A program made the position numbers and the translations under genes. Shown piece after piece: positions 22,834-34,436 of a DNA stretch of 64,000 bases (the first letter of the stretch is position 1; each line of letters begins with the position of its first letter). The notes beneath the pieces were generated by a model, which was given only the letters and a program-made list of their open reading frames with translations, did no database searches and had not been told where the DNA came from. The stretch is from Diplonema japonicum (lineage: Eukaryota > Protista > Euglenozoa: Diplonemea). The stretch is taken from positions 428,669 through 492,668 of the forward strand of contig OZ025717.1 of assembly GCA_964019335.1 (NCBI GenBank), given 5' to 3'.

Positions 22834-24709
22834 CACTTGCTACGTTTAGGAAGAGGTGAAAAGGACTTGGAGACGAACAAGGACTTCAGCCGATGGGGAA
22901 GAGTCAATTACATGCTCGAAAGGCGTCAAGAGCTGCTGAAGAGGGTTGAGAAATTGTGTGATGCTGTCGAGGTGGACACGGGCTTCGCAAACACGTGCGA
23001 GGCGGCGGGTAACTTCTTCAAGCACCATGTCGAGAGCAGGTGGGAGAGGTTCATGCGGGATGTCGAGAAGTCAAGAGAGAGTGAGAAAACGGCAAGACGG
23101 GTAGTGGCGTTGTTCCCCTTCGAGAAGTATTTCAAGGATGCCAGCAAGCCGCTGTGGGAGCGTGCGGATTCGTTCGAGAATGCAATGGCAACGGCCCACC
23201 AGGCATGGGTACATCTCACAAGGGTTTTCAATGAGGTTGCTGACTGTCGTGCATTTGAGCTGCTCAGAACCTCCGGCGACCGTGGGGACTACCTCCTCAC
23301 CAAGCAAGCTAAGATCATCGCCATGACCTGCACACACGCTGCGCTGAAGCGACGCGACTTCCTGAAGCTGGGCTTCCGCTACGACAACCTGATCATGGAG
23401 GAGGCCGCGCAGATCTTGGAGGTAGAGACCTTCATCCCAATGGTGCTCCAGAAGCCCCTCGAGAACGGGAAGAGCAGACTGAAGAGAGTGGTGTTGATCG
23501 GTGACCACAACCAGCTGCCGCCTGTTGTGAAGAACCCGACTTTCCAGAAGTACTGCAAAATGGAGCAGTCCATGTTCACCAGGTTTGTCAGGCTAGGCGT
23601 GCCCACTACGCAACTTGATGCGCAGGTATGGAAAACAGCAAACACCTTAACCAATACCGATACAGGGCCGTATGCGCCGCCAACTCGCCGACCTCTTCCG
23701 CTGGCGCTACACAAGCCTCAGCGACCTTCCTCACGTTGCTGCCCCTACTTTCCAGAAAGCCAACGGCGGCTTCTCTTCTGTTTTCCAGTGCATCAACGTC
23801 GAAGGCGCGAAGGAGTCGCAGCCCCAACCACACTTCTACCAAAACGTCAAGGAAGCTGAGTTCATCGTGGCGACCTACATGTTCATGAGACTGCTTGGGT
23901 ACGAGTCAGGTATGTTGCAGAGGGAAAAAAAAAAAAAAAAAAAAAAGACAAAATCACGATCCTGACGACGTATCAGGGACAGAAGCACTTAATCAAGGAC
24001 GTGCTTAACTTCAGGTGCAAAGCAGGTGTGTCAAGGGGACGAAAGCTTTTTTTAATACCTCCTCAAGGTTCGTACTACGGTGTGCATCCCAGGGTGAGTA
24101 CAGTGGATAAGTATCAAGGGCAACAGAACGACTTTGTTCTGCTGTCGCTGGTGAGGACAGAGAAGGTAGGACATCTGCGTGATATCAGGAGATTGGTGGT
24201 AGCCTTGTCGAGGGCAAGGCTGGGGCTGTATGTGTTTGGGAAGGTGGAGCTGTTCAAGGATGTGTGGGAGTTGCAAAGGGCATTTGGAGAGCTGATGAAG
24301 GCACCAACGCAGCTGGCAGTGTGCATCAACGAAATGAAGAAGGGGACAGAAAGGGTGGCTGAGGATCCCGGCGAGAGTCAAATGGTCTGTTGCTGTTACT
24401 CAATCACAACGCCTTAACAAAACACAGATCGCTACTTTTGAGCAGCTCAGTTCCACAGTCTCGAAGATGGAGGCTATGGTTGTTACTGAAGACATGCGGA
24501 AGGCAGCTGCTGGGAAGCAATCTGAACAGCACGCAAAACCTGCCCCTCGACAGCAGGTCACTTCTGATGCTGAAAAAAGCCGGACATTTGCAGAATCTTC
24601 CACCTGGCAAGGTGAACGTCCAGGGTGGTACTTCGGAACTGGGCGGGACGGCCTTGGCTACTACCTCGACGAAGCTGGCACGGAAAGCCTCCAGCGACAG
24701 GGGAAATAG
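20506..24709 (+). CDS. AQR: Intron-binding spliceosomal RNA helicase Aquarius (IBP160)
   Basis: LALPKLNLQFLS, RRRPQENNFKAVL, GPPGTGKT (across intron 22604-22638), MEEAAQILE, LIGDHNQLPP, TVDKYQGQQND; further introns include 22784-22832, 23910-23947. Confidence 0.96.
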
Positions 24710-25104
24710 AATCGAAGGAGAAGAGAAAAAAAAAACCACGCAAGCGTTCAAAGGTTCATACAGCCTTTCTTGACCACTACGGATAACAAGACATGGTGTT
24801 TTTTTTTTTTTTTATCAGGGGGTGAAAAAAAGTCAAATAGTAAAAGGGATGGGGAACGGGGGGGTTTTTTATACCCCCACTTTTTTTTCTCTTTTTTTTC
24901 CACCATTTTTTTGCCCCCTTTTTTCTTTTATTCCATTCCTTTACATCTCATGCTCCGCTTTCTGCGGGGAAAAAAATCATCGTGCGTCATGTCCTCGTCA
25001 CCTTGTCGCCACACTTTACACACCATCTTTAAAAAAAAGAAGAAAAAAACCAACATAAATTAACTACAGTTACGCGAGTCAGTAAACGAGCATGTGAGAT
25101 TAAA

Positions 25105-27171
25105 ATGGAACAGTCGAACCGATGCCCCTCAAGTAGGTGACGCGGGTGCGTTCACACCCTCACCTGTAGTATGTTCCCGTGTTTAGTATTACATATATTT
25201 TTCTTAGCACCCCTGCACTACTGTGGACAGTGCTGCGGCAGGCAGCATGTTATTCACCCCCGTCAGGGGTGGTGGCCACGAAGTCAGCGCCCTCCAGGCA
25301 GACCGCGAGGTGTGCTCATGCTTTCCTCCAAAAAGAAAACAACTAAAAACCAGATGCTGGAAAGTAGGGTCGCTGCACTCACAGCAGAGGTGAAGGCAGC
25401 CGCAAGTGAAATGCAAGAAGCGAAAATGAAGGGGCAGGGCCTCTTTCGCAACGAGGAGCGCACCATAAGCCCCCCAAGGGGAAGGCTTGGACAACCGCAT
25501 TTCAGTGAGCTGCAGCAAGTCTCCGTAGCAGAACGCACAAGCAGCTCAGAAAACAGAATACCGAAAGCCGCTCTTGACTCCTTTTTCGCGGAGAACAAAG
25601 AGTACCACACCAACAGCACACGGGCTTTCTTCACAACGAGCCCCCTGCAAGCATTGCTGCACCACTGCGAAGCTCATTCGTATACTTACCACGACCATGA
25701 CTTCGACACCGATGCAGCTGACCCTGTGCTCGCAGCGTCTTGCAGAGGTGATGTTAGTTACCATAGACCGAAGGGCCTTGGCATGACAGCTCTGTTCGGA
25801 CGGACTGGTGATGCACCACACGTAGCTGACATCGACTGGGGCCCCACCGACCTTGGCCATTGGTTAGTAAGCGTTTTGGCTGTCGTCATCCAGGAATTCA
25901 GTGCTCAAGGCCGCGAGGCTCAGAAAGATCCCGGAACAGCACGCGACATGGGAGGCGTGCGTTACATGGTGCAGCCAAGTACGCAGAACGGCCCGGGGAT
26001 ATACTCTGTGCGCCTCTTTATCGATTCTAAATGGAGGTACGTGCTGGTGGACGATAAGATGCCTTGCGACGCCACGGGTCGTCCCCTGCTCCCCACCATG
26101 AAGGACCCAAATGGCGGTTTCTTCCTGTTGCTTATCTTAAAGGCATTCGCGAAGCTCTCGGGGGGGTACTCTTCTCTGATGGTCACAAGTGTTCTGAACA
26201 AGCTGCCAAGCAAAGGTCTGGGTCACCCATACGGCGAGCTGTCCCAGGCGCTGTGCGACATGTCGGGTGGTGTCCCATTGGTTCCTGCCTTGCCCCATCC
26301 AAGATCGGAGAAGTTCCTGCCGCCATGGAGTCAAGGGGCAACGCAGAAGGAAAGAGCGGAAGCTCTGGAAAGGTTCTGCGATCTATACTGGGACTATATG
26401 GACGACCTTTTGGTGGACATATCAGCAGAGGTAGTGACAGTGCCCTTTCAGAACGGCAACGGGCTGAAGAAGGGCGGTGTTTATAGGGTATTAGAAACTG
26501 TGTGTGCAGAGGTTCCTGCGGTAGAAGGCAGAAAAGTACTGCGCTTGCTGAGGCTGCATGCTCCGTACACATGCACTGCATGGCAGGGGCCGTGGGCGCC
26601 TGATTCTCATGAATGGCGAGAGGCACCAAGGCTAAAGGAGGTGCTGTGTCCACGGACAGAGTTGGACGGGTCGTTCTGGATTGAGTTTGTGGACTTCCTG
26701 AACCACTTCGAGTACGTGTCTGCGGTGAAGATGTTTACAGGGTGGAACGAGCTGAGCCTTACAGGAGAGCTTTACCCTGAGATGGACCCTTACAAGCCAA
26801 AATATCGCGTGCAGTTGACGCAGGGGTGTAAAGTGTTCGTGGCGATCCAGCAGAGGGACCCACGGGCTGCGTCACATCTTGCAACACCCGCAGGTGATGC
26901 CAATGTGCTGCCCGACTTCATTTTTGAAGTCAACCTTGAACACGGAAGCACAAAACCTGCGCTGGTCCCCAGAGAGGCAGATATCAATTTTGCACCTCAC
27001 CTTTCACACGGACCTCTGCCGAAGTGGGGCATGACTACCCTGCAAGCAGGCGAGTACACCATCACCCCCATCTGCACCAACATGGACCTGTTCGATGACG
27101 CAAGCTACACCCTCCGTGTCTTTGCCCAGTCCGCCTTTGTTCTTGTTGAGAAGCAAGGCCTCCCTATGTAA
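25105..27171 (+). CDS. Calpain-like protein, probably catalytically inactive
   Basis: GIYSVRLFIDSKWRYVLVDD, KAFAKLSGGYSSL, WQGPW, DGSFWIEFVDFLNHF; QG-LGDCW motif absent; 5' exon structure uncertain. Confidence 0.8.
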
Positions 27172-27345
27172 TCCTGCCCCCCTAGATTGCTCGTTATCTG
27201 TATAGAACTAATATTTTCCGAACGGCAAGATACTTGGCCGGTACCCTTACGCGCCCCTATGTTGTATTCGATGATTATGATTTTTTTTTTGTTTGTGTGC
27301 ACTATAATACAAATTACCATTAGGTGTTTACCCCCCTCCCCTTAC

Positions 27346-30300
27346 ATGAAATGGGAAGCAGGGAATACGTGCTATTTTCTACAGGAAAATGGAGTCTGGG
27401 GCAGAGGTGTTGTAGTGGAGTGGGATAGCAAACTCCGATTGGGTGTATGTCGGGGTGAAGACGGCGCAGAGGCAGAGGTGGGAGAGAAGGAAATGAGAAT
27501 GATGGAAGAGAGTAAGGAAGTGACTGATTTGATAGATTTGATTGCGCCTCATGAGGGTAACATCACCGAGGCTGTGTTTGGGGCGGTGAAGAAGGGTCGT
27601 GATGTGATGTTGTGTGGGAGAGCTACGCTGTTCCTGAACCCGAACTCGTTTTCTGAAACGTATCACCCGCGCAATGTGAACGCCACAACCGACACTCCGA
27701 ACTTGTGGGATATTGCAAAGCGTGCTCGCTCTGAGGCAATGTCAACCTCTTTCTCGCAATGTATACTCCCTTTCGGAGTCTCCGGTTCGGGTCAAACAGA
27801 AACCGCCAAAATCCTCACCCGATACTTACTGTACTCCAGCTCTGAGCGTCTTGGGAAAACTGTCGGCTGCGTGAACATGCTTCTCGACTGTTTTACATGT
27901 GCTGTCTCCGACACGAGCACCAACTCGTCGAAAGCGCACCGTGTGTACGAGGTAGCCTACGGCAAGCACTCCGGTCTTGTGGAGGGAGTCACAGCGAAGT
28001 GCTTCAACCTTGACCTCGAATGCATTGGGCTTCAGGGCGGTGTTGCGTACCATGCTTTCAATCTTCTCGCCACTGGCTCCAACCCTGAGATCTATTCCCT
28101 CCCTGCGCAAGATGACCCCCCTTCCGGGTCCATGTTCACAACGAAGGACGACTTCCTTGCAGTCCAATCAGCATTGGAGACCATCGGCGTCTCTGAACTG
28201 GACCGCCACACCATTTGGTCTGTCTTGGCCAGCATCTTCCACATCCAGCGAGGCAATATGGAACTTGCCAGTACCTGCTTGAGCCTGCCCCTGTCAGTCT
28301 TTACGGGTCTAGATGTTCCGAGAGCAGTGTTTTGCAAGCTGTTGTACTCTGCCCTATTCAGTAAGATCCTCGCATGGTGCAACAAGGGGATCCAAGAAGC
28401 CATACCATTCACCAATACCAGCGGCACAGTGTCGGTCCACGTGGCTGATTTTGGTGGTGCTTTTGCTACCAACGGTGCAAGCAGGAAGCATCAGTTGTAT
28501 CTGAACACAGTGCACGAAGTGCTGCGAAGAACATTCGCAACTGAGATGCTGGACAGGCCTTACGAAATGTGCCTCAGGGAAGGCATCAGTCTCTCTAGGC
28601 CGCAGTACGAGGGGAACACTAGTGTGGTGGCAATGTTGACAGGGAGTAACGGTGTTCTGGATGGAATGAGTAAGGCGGCAAAACGGGGAGCAGGCGTGGC
28701 GGGTGTGAGGGAAGAAATACGCAAGAGGTGTTTTGGCAACCCCTTTTATTCCGTAGATGATCAGGAAGGGCGTATAGCCAGGCTGATGCACTCGCAGGAC
28801 AGCGTGGCATACTCATTGACTGAAGAGGAGTGCCTCGCACTTGCCGGGCTTGACATGGTGCCCAGTGCACTGGAAGTGCTCCACACTAGCACGGATGATG
28901 TTGTGAAGTCTTTGACTGGTGATCTGTCGTACTTCGGTACTCACGAAGAGTTTCTAAGTGCTCTTGACAGTGTCGGCTCCCTTCTCGCTGCATCCACAAC
29001 TCACTGGGTGTGCTGCATCCCGACCACAACACCGGAAGTAACCTCCCGAAGCTTGTTCGGCACGTACATCATGCCCTTGACCATCCTGCAGAAGCATGGG
29101 TACCCAGTTTCCTTTACGCACTTTCAATTTCTTGCCAAGTACCGACCACTCCTCAGCGAACTAGACAAACCGCAAGGTCCGTCACAAGACCTCTCTGTGG
29201 CCAGGTCACGTGTCTTTTCTCCGACTGGCTCCCCAGTGCGCCCGCACTACGGAACAGGAGATATGGGGCTCTGCAGCCGGATATTAGACGCTGCACAAGT
29301 GGGAGGCACGTACGACAGCAAAGTGACATTCTCAAAAGTCTTCCTTATGTACCATAGCTACAAGGCACTGGAGGCCGCCCTTGACGTAATCCTCGACCAG
29401 CATGCCGAACTGGTACAAGCTTTCAGCCGTTGTGTTCCTGCAATGGACGTCCTCAAGGAAAGGGTTTTAAATGCCCACGCACCACAAGTACTGGAGTTAC
29501 GAGAGAGCGTTCGCAAGGTGCTGCAGCTGGAGCAAGTGCGGGGCGTTGTAGAAAAGGAGGAAGAACTTGCTGGCAGGTCACAAATCGAGGAAGAAGCGGA
29601 CCTTATGCTGGTCGAAGTCGCAAACGACTTTGTAGAAGAATTCCTAGCAGCTCGGGTTGCAGAATGTGAAGGGCAAGAAGGTCTCTACAGGGAAGCATTG
29701 GAAGAGGAGGAAGAAGAGGTACGCGAAGAGCTGTACTGGCTCCTGCTGGACCATGTCGAGGTACAGCTTCACACCGAGGAGGTGCAGCAGCGTGCCGAGA
29801 CTATCTCTGAAGAACACGAAGCCTTCGCCGAAATCATGCACGAACGCCTCGTCAGCTTCACCGAGGCAAGGCTGGCTGAGGAAGAAGTTGCGGAGGAAGA
29901 GGAGCGCGCTATGCTTCAGATCGAGGAAGACAACTTCCGTGAACAAGTGGCATGGGTGCGCGCAGAGGAAGCTAAAGAGTACATCATAGAAGAAGAACCC
30001 ATCGAAAGGGATGCTGTGGAGAAAGAGCAGAAAAACACATGGGCAGACCTAGTGGAAGAGATGCAGTTTGCTTATACAGAAATTGCAACCGAAGAGCTAC
30101 TACTGGACGAGGAGATTGAGAGGTACGGCTATAGAGGTGTGGGCGGCATAATGCAAGAGGAGGCGGCTGCATGGCAGTTCATAACAGCACAGCGTGTGCC
30201 CGTTGAGGTGACGTACTTCACGCAGCAGCTGTCGACACGACACAGTTACAATGAGACAGCTGCACGCGACAACGTCAGACGGCAGGAGTACGACTCTCGT

Positions 30301-30867
30301 GCCCGCCTCGCGTCACTCTTGCGCATCTCGCTCCTTCCCATCGAGGTTGCAAAGTGCTACAAAGCATCTCTCGCTCTGCGCGACGTGCTCGAGTCCGACG
30401 AAGCGATTGACCGTGCAGCTGTTGTCTACGCTGCTCTCACCTCGCGAAAGGACATGCTGGTGCTGGGGAGGGGACATGAATCAGAACCCGGGCATAGACG
30501 TATCATAGAAAAGCTCCAAAGAAACGGCGTGAGACGGCTGGTCGCCATGAAGCGGCAGTTCTACAACGTGCTCAACGAACAGCAGTGCAGACAGGTGATG
30601 GAGAACCTCGAAGGAATCCAGAGGGATGAGATACATAGCAGGCTGCTGCTGCAGAAAAACTTCACGACAACGATAGCTAGGTGCATTGTGAAATTCGAAG
30701 TTGGTAAAAAGCGGCTTTGCGACGTGTACCGTGCGAGGGTGTACAGTATGGTCGAGGCAGACGCAAGGAATGAGGAACACGTCAGGCGGCACTACGAAAC
30801 TCTTCGTGCATCGAGGGGACGTGCAGACCACATCTTCGCCACGCTCGGTTCTGCTGCGTGCGTGTAG
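27346..30867 (+). CDS. Divergent myosin-head-like protein with Glu-rich helical tail
   Basis: SH3-like N-terminus, FSQCILPFGVSGSGQTETAK, KLLYSALF, GYPVSFTHFQFLAKY, SKVFL; long E-rich tail. Confidence 0.8.
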   Translation: MKWEAGNTCYFLQENGVWGRGVVVEWDSKLRLGVCRGEDGAEAEVGEKEMRMMEESKEVTDLIDLIAPHEGNITEAVFGAVKKGRDVMLCGRATLFLNPNSFSETYHPRNVNATTDTPNLWDIAKRARSEAMSTSFSQCILPFGVSGSGQTETAKILTRYLLYSSSERLGKTVGCVNMLLDCFTCAVSDTSTNSSKAHRVYEVAYGKHSGLVEGVTAKCFNLDLECIGLQGGVAYHAFNLLATGSNPEIYSLPAQDDPPSGSMFTTKDDFLAVQSALETIGVSELDRHTIWSVLASIFHIQRGNMELASTCLSLPLSVFTGLDVPRAVFCKLLYSALFSKILAWCNKGIQEAIPFTNTSGTVSVHVADFGGAFATNGASRKHQLYLNTVHEVLRRTFATEMLDRPYEMCLREGISLSRPQYEGNTSVVAMLTGSNGVLDGMSKAAKRGAGVAGVREEIRKRCFGNPFYSVDDQEGRIARLMHSQDSVAYSLTEEECLALAGLDMVPSALEVLHTSTDDVVKSLTGDLSYFGTHEEFLSALDSVGSLLAASTTHWVCCIPTTTPEVTSRSLFGTYIMPLTILQKHGYPVSFTHFQFLAKYRPLLSELDKPQGPSQDLSVARSRVFSPTGSPVRPHYGTGDMGLCSRILDAAQVGGTYDSKVTFSKVFLMYHSYKALEAALDVILDQHAELVQAFSRCVPAMDVLKERVLNAHAPQVLELRESVRKVLQLEQVRGVVEKEEELAGRSQIEEEADLMLVEVANDFVEEFLAARVAECEGQEGLYREALEEEEEEVREELYWLLLDHVEVQLHTEEVQQRAETISEEHEAFAEIMHERLVSFTEARLAEEEVAEEEERAMLQIEEDNFREQVAWVRAEEAKEYIIEEEPIERDAVEKEQKNTWADLVEEMQFAYTEIATEELLLDEEIERYGYRGVGGIMQEEAAAWQFITAQRVPVEVTYFTQQLSTRHSYNETAARDNVRRQEYDSRARLASLLRISLLPIEVAKCYKASLALRDVLESDEAIDRAAVVYAALTSRKDMLVLGRGHESEPGHRRIIEKLQRNGVRRLVAMKRQFYNVLNEQQCRQVMENLEGIQRDEIHSRLLLQKNFTTTIARCIVKFEVGKKRLCDVYRARVYSMVEADARNEEHVRRHYETLRASRGRADHIFATLGSAACV

Positions 30868-31178
30868 CAGGAATGAAGGAGAAAAAAGAAAAGAAAAAAA
30901 AAGAACGAGAGAAAGAAAAATGACAAATCCATGTTTATAAAAAAATGTAAAATGTTTGAGTTAATGTATTGTACAACCCTTTAGTTACACCAGCACGGGT
31001 GTTGCTCGACGCCGTTGACAACGGGTTTCCCTTTTTTTTATGTCTTTTTTTTTGTAATATGCTGAAAAGGTTCAGTTCCCTAGCCGAGACAGCTTTTTTC
31101 TTTTTTACAACACACATTTTCCTCTCCCTTGTAACGACCCTTCATAGGACTTGGGTGGTACAAAAAAGAAAATAAACG

Positions 31179-32660
31179 ATGGCGGGAACATCAGCAGAGG
31201 AAACGCAACGCCTGCGGAATAAAGCCTCTAACTATGGAACGGATGGCAAGGAGTACCCGTCCGCGCTGAACGAGGAGGATGAGGAGAACATGGAGAACGA
31301 CCCGTACGTGCAGATGGCGCCTGTGATGATGTATGTGAGCCATTTCCTGAGTGCGTTCGACGACCGTGTGTGGCAGTTCGCCGTCCCCGTCCTGCTGATG
31401 AACGTGTGGACACAAACATTGTTCCCCTCTGCAGCAATCGCCTTCGCCACCAACATAGTAACCTTCATCCTGATGCCATATGTAGGTGCGTATGTGGACT
31501 GCCACGACAGGCTGGATATCATGATCATCTCCATTGTCGCCGAGTCTTGCTTCATCGTCGTCGCAGCTGTGCTGCTGTGTTTCGTGGCGAAGATAGGGGA
31601 AACCAACGGCGGAGTGCCGTCATGGGATTTCAAGGAAACGTCCCTCTTCATCGCGCTGTGTCTTGCCAACGCGGCAACAGAGGTGTCGATGCGTGTGGGG
31701 CAGCAGTCCCTTGAGAAGGACTGGGCTGTCGTCGTTTCCAAGACAATGAAAAGAGACCCCACCAGACTGAACACCAGCATGAGGCGTATCGACTTGGGAT
31801 GCAAGCTTGTCGGCCCCGCTTGCTTTGGTCTGTTCGTGCAGTACGTCAACGGGGATACTGCTGTCGAGAAGGTTGTGCACGCAGCCATCGCCTTGTCCGT
31901 CTGGAACATCTTTGTGATGCCTGCAGAGTACTTCACTGTTCGCAAGGTATACTACACAATTCCTGCCTTGCAACGGAAAGAGTTGAAAAAGCATGGTGTC
32001 AAATCCCCCTTAACGGTTCTCCGTGAGGGATGGTCCTCATACATGTCTCATGAGGTCTTCGTCCCGTCCTTCACATACGGGCTGCTATGGTTCACAGTGC
32101 TTGACAATGGGGTGCTCATGACGGCATACTTGAAATGGCAGGGAATACCCGAAGGCCCGCTGGGTATCTCAAGGGGTTGCGGTGCTGTGGTGGGTATATT
32201 GGGAACCATTGTCTACCCGAAGATGCTGGACGCGGCAGGTGGGTCGGTATTGTTGGCAGGAAAATGGGCCATTTGGTTGTTCGTTGCATGCTTGTTCCCC
32301 ATCGGGCTTGTCTTCTTGGACATGGGCCCCCACGCAGTTTCAGCAGGCGTTATGATTATCGCTGTCACTGTGTCCCGAGCTTGGTTGTGGGCATTTGATC
32401 TCACGATACAGCGCATTCTGCAGGATTCTGTCCATGAGAACGAAAGGGGGGTCATTAATGGTGTGCACACTGCCGTCACTCAGCTTATGCTCGTTGCTGC
32501 CTCTGTAGTGGGTATGATTTTTTCCCAGCCCAGCCAGTTTACCATCCTTGTCATAACCTCTCTCTTTTCTGTGGCATTGGCCGCAATGTGGTACACGCGG
32601 TGGGCCAATGCTGGCCTGCGAACTGAGGCTGTTGCAGGATCAAAGTACGAGCAAATTTAG
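31179..32660 (+). CDS. Ferroportin-family (SLC40/IREG) transporter
   Basis: YVSHFLSAFDDRVWQFAV, LEKDW, LNTSMRRIDLGCKLVGP, WFTVL, SRAWLWAFDL. Confidence 0.92.
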   Translation: MAGTSAEETQRLRNKASNYGTDGKEYPSALNEEDEENMENDPYVQMAPVMMYVSHFLSAFDDRVWQFAVPVLLMNVWTQTLFPSAAIAFATNIVTFILMPYVGAYVDCHDRLDIMIISIVAESCFIVVAAVLLCFVAKIGETNGGVPSWDFKETSLFIALCLANAATEVSMRVGQQSLEKDWAVVVSKTMKRDPTRLNTSMRRIDLGCKLVGPACFGLFVQYVNGDTAVEKVVHAAIALSVWNIFVMPAEYFTVRKVYYTIPALQRKELKKHGVKSPLTVLREGWSSYMSHEVFVPSFTYGLLWFTVLDNGVLMTAYLKWQGIPEGPLGISRGCGAVVGILGTIVYPKMLDAAGGSVLLAGKWAIWLFVACLFPIGLVFLDMGPHAVSAGVMIIAVTVSRAWLWAFDLTIQRILQDSVHENERGVINGVHTAVTQLMLVAASVVGMIFSQPSQFTILVITSLFSVALAAMWYTRWANAGLRTEAVAGSKYEQI

Positions 32661-32799
32661 AATATTGTTTTTTTTTCGGGTTCGAGCTGCTCCTGCCCTG
32701 ATAAAAAGAAAAACGGGGGGGGAGGGGGGAAGGGGAAACGGGTGGCATTGTGAATTAAGAGGGAGAGAATTTGATTTCCCCTTTTTTCTTATTCTTTTT

Positions 32800-33070
32800 G
32801 AGGTGGGGATAACATAAAAATATAAGAAGTACATCAGATGTGTTGTTCGCTGTTGACCTCCTCTTCGGTCATCACCGGTAGCGCCCGAGTGGAAGAACGT
32901 AACGCAGATGCTCAGGGTGACGAACAGGCAGCAAACTGCACGAGCGCAGAATCTTGGTTACCCGGGACGCCCCGGCTAGGGCTGAGCACACCGCACGCAT
33001 TAAGGACACGACGCGGAACGCAGAAGAAGCTACTGCTCGGCCGAGGAGCGCCCCCTGTAATCAAGTAGGT
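32800..33070 (+). mobile_element. CpG-intact solo copy of the ~270-bp dispersed repeat (SINE/MITE-like, class unknown)
   Basis: Collinear with copies at ~5190, ~6645, ~7160 and minus-strand fragments at ~2440-2580 and ~4230-4380. Confidence 0.8.
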
Positions 33071-33223
33071 AGTTCGTGCTTCGTTGCACGCTTAACGCCA
33101 CCTAGTGTTGCAACCAAAGCCCCATTTTTTTTAGCTTGATTTTCTTCAGAATCAAGGTTCGCAGGTGTTTCCCCGTCATTTTTTTTTTTTTTAAATCACC
33201 GATTTTTCTTTTTTTGTTTTCTT

Positions 33224-33254
<31 letters not shown>

Positions 33255-34436
33255 GTTCTTTCCGAAAGAAAAAAGAATCAAAAAAATTCCGAACATTTTC
33301 TTTCCCCGCAGCCCCTTCCTAATTCCTTCTCGCCTCAATATCTCTTAAACCTATTTTCAACCCCCCCCCAAAAAAATATCCCGATTGAAAGTAGAGATAT
33401 AGGGCGTTTTTTGTGAGTTTTTTTCTCCCTTCTTTGTTTCCTTCACTGTAAGCTTTTTTTACTAAAAGGCACCCAGCTTCTATGCCTTTTTTTTATAAAA
33501 AAAAGGGAGTTGTTGCACATATTTCTTCCTTCATTGTAAGTTTTTTTTTTTCTGTTTTGTTACCAGCGACAGCTCTCGGAGGAGCCCCAATTCTCCGTTA
33601 GCTGCAAGCGGTAAGGAAAATTTTTTAAGTTGCCGTGGCTCTCAGTTTTTTTCTTTTCTTTTTTTCGCAAGCTGAAAGAAGGGGAAGGAAAAAAAAAGAG
33701 AAACACGGGTGAGGTGTTCAGAGCAAGGAACGAGGTACGAGGTACAGAACTTGAGCTGAGTGAGAAAAAAAAAAGAGGGCGTGGAAGGGAAAAAAAAAAA
33801 AAAAAAAGAATCCTGCGAAAATAAAATGGTGAAGAAAAACAGAACGTGTTTGCATAAAACCTGTGACTTTCGCAACGCAACTTTTTTTCTTTTTTTTTTT
33901 TCTCCTCCTTGATTTCCCTTTCTTTTTTTGTTTTCAAAGTTTCCTATGTTTCCTCGCTTTTCTGAAATGATGAATGAAAGAGCCCCCCCCCCCCCCCCCT
34001 ACCTATCATCCGTTTGCTAATTTGCTAAAAGAAGATCGGTAAGTAAAAAAGAAAAAAAAAATACTCCCTTTTTTTCCATTTAAACGCTATTTTCTCTCTC
34101 CTTTTTTCCGAAAAGTTACTTTCAAGAAATTTAAAAGGAACACCCCCTACCCTGTCCTTCATCGTCTTTTTATTCTTGTTTCTACACCTCAGTCCCATTT
34201 TTTTTTTCTCTCTTCTAGCACCTTCTTTCGTAGGGAGGATTTTTTTTATTATTATTATTTTTATTCTTTTTTTTCCACCGCCTAGTCGTCCCCGCAATTC
34301 ACTCTGCTAAAACCTAGGTTTCCTGCTAAGTGAGCATGCGAACATGCCCGTCAGTACTTAGCCCAGTAGACACACATCTCAACAACAAATTGCTTTTGAA
34401 GGGGGAGGGGGATAGGAAACAGGGGGAAAAAAAAAA

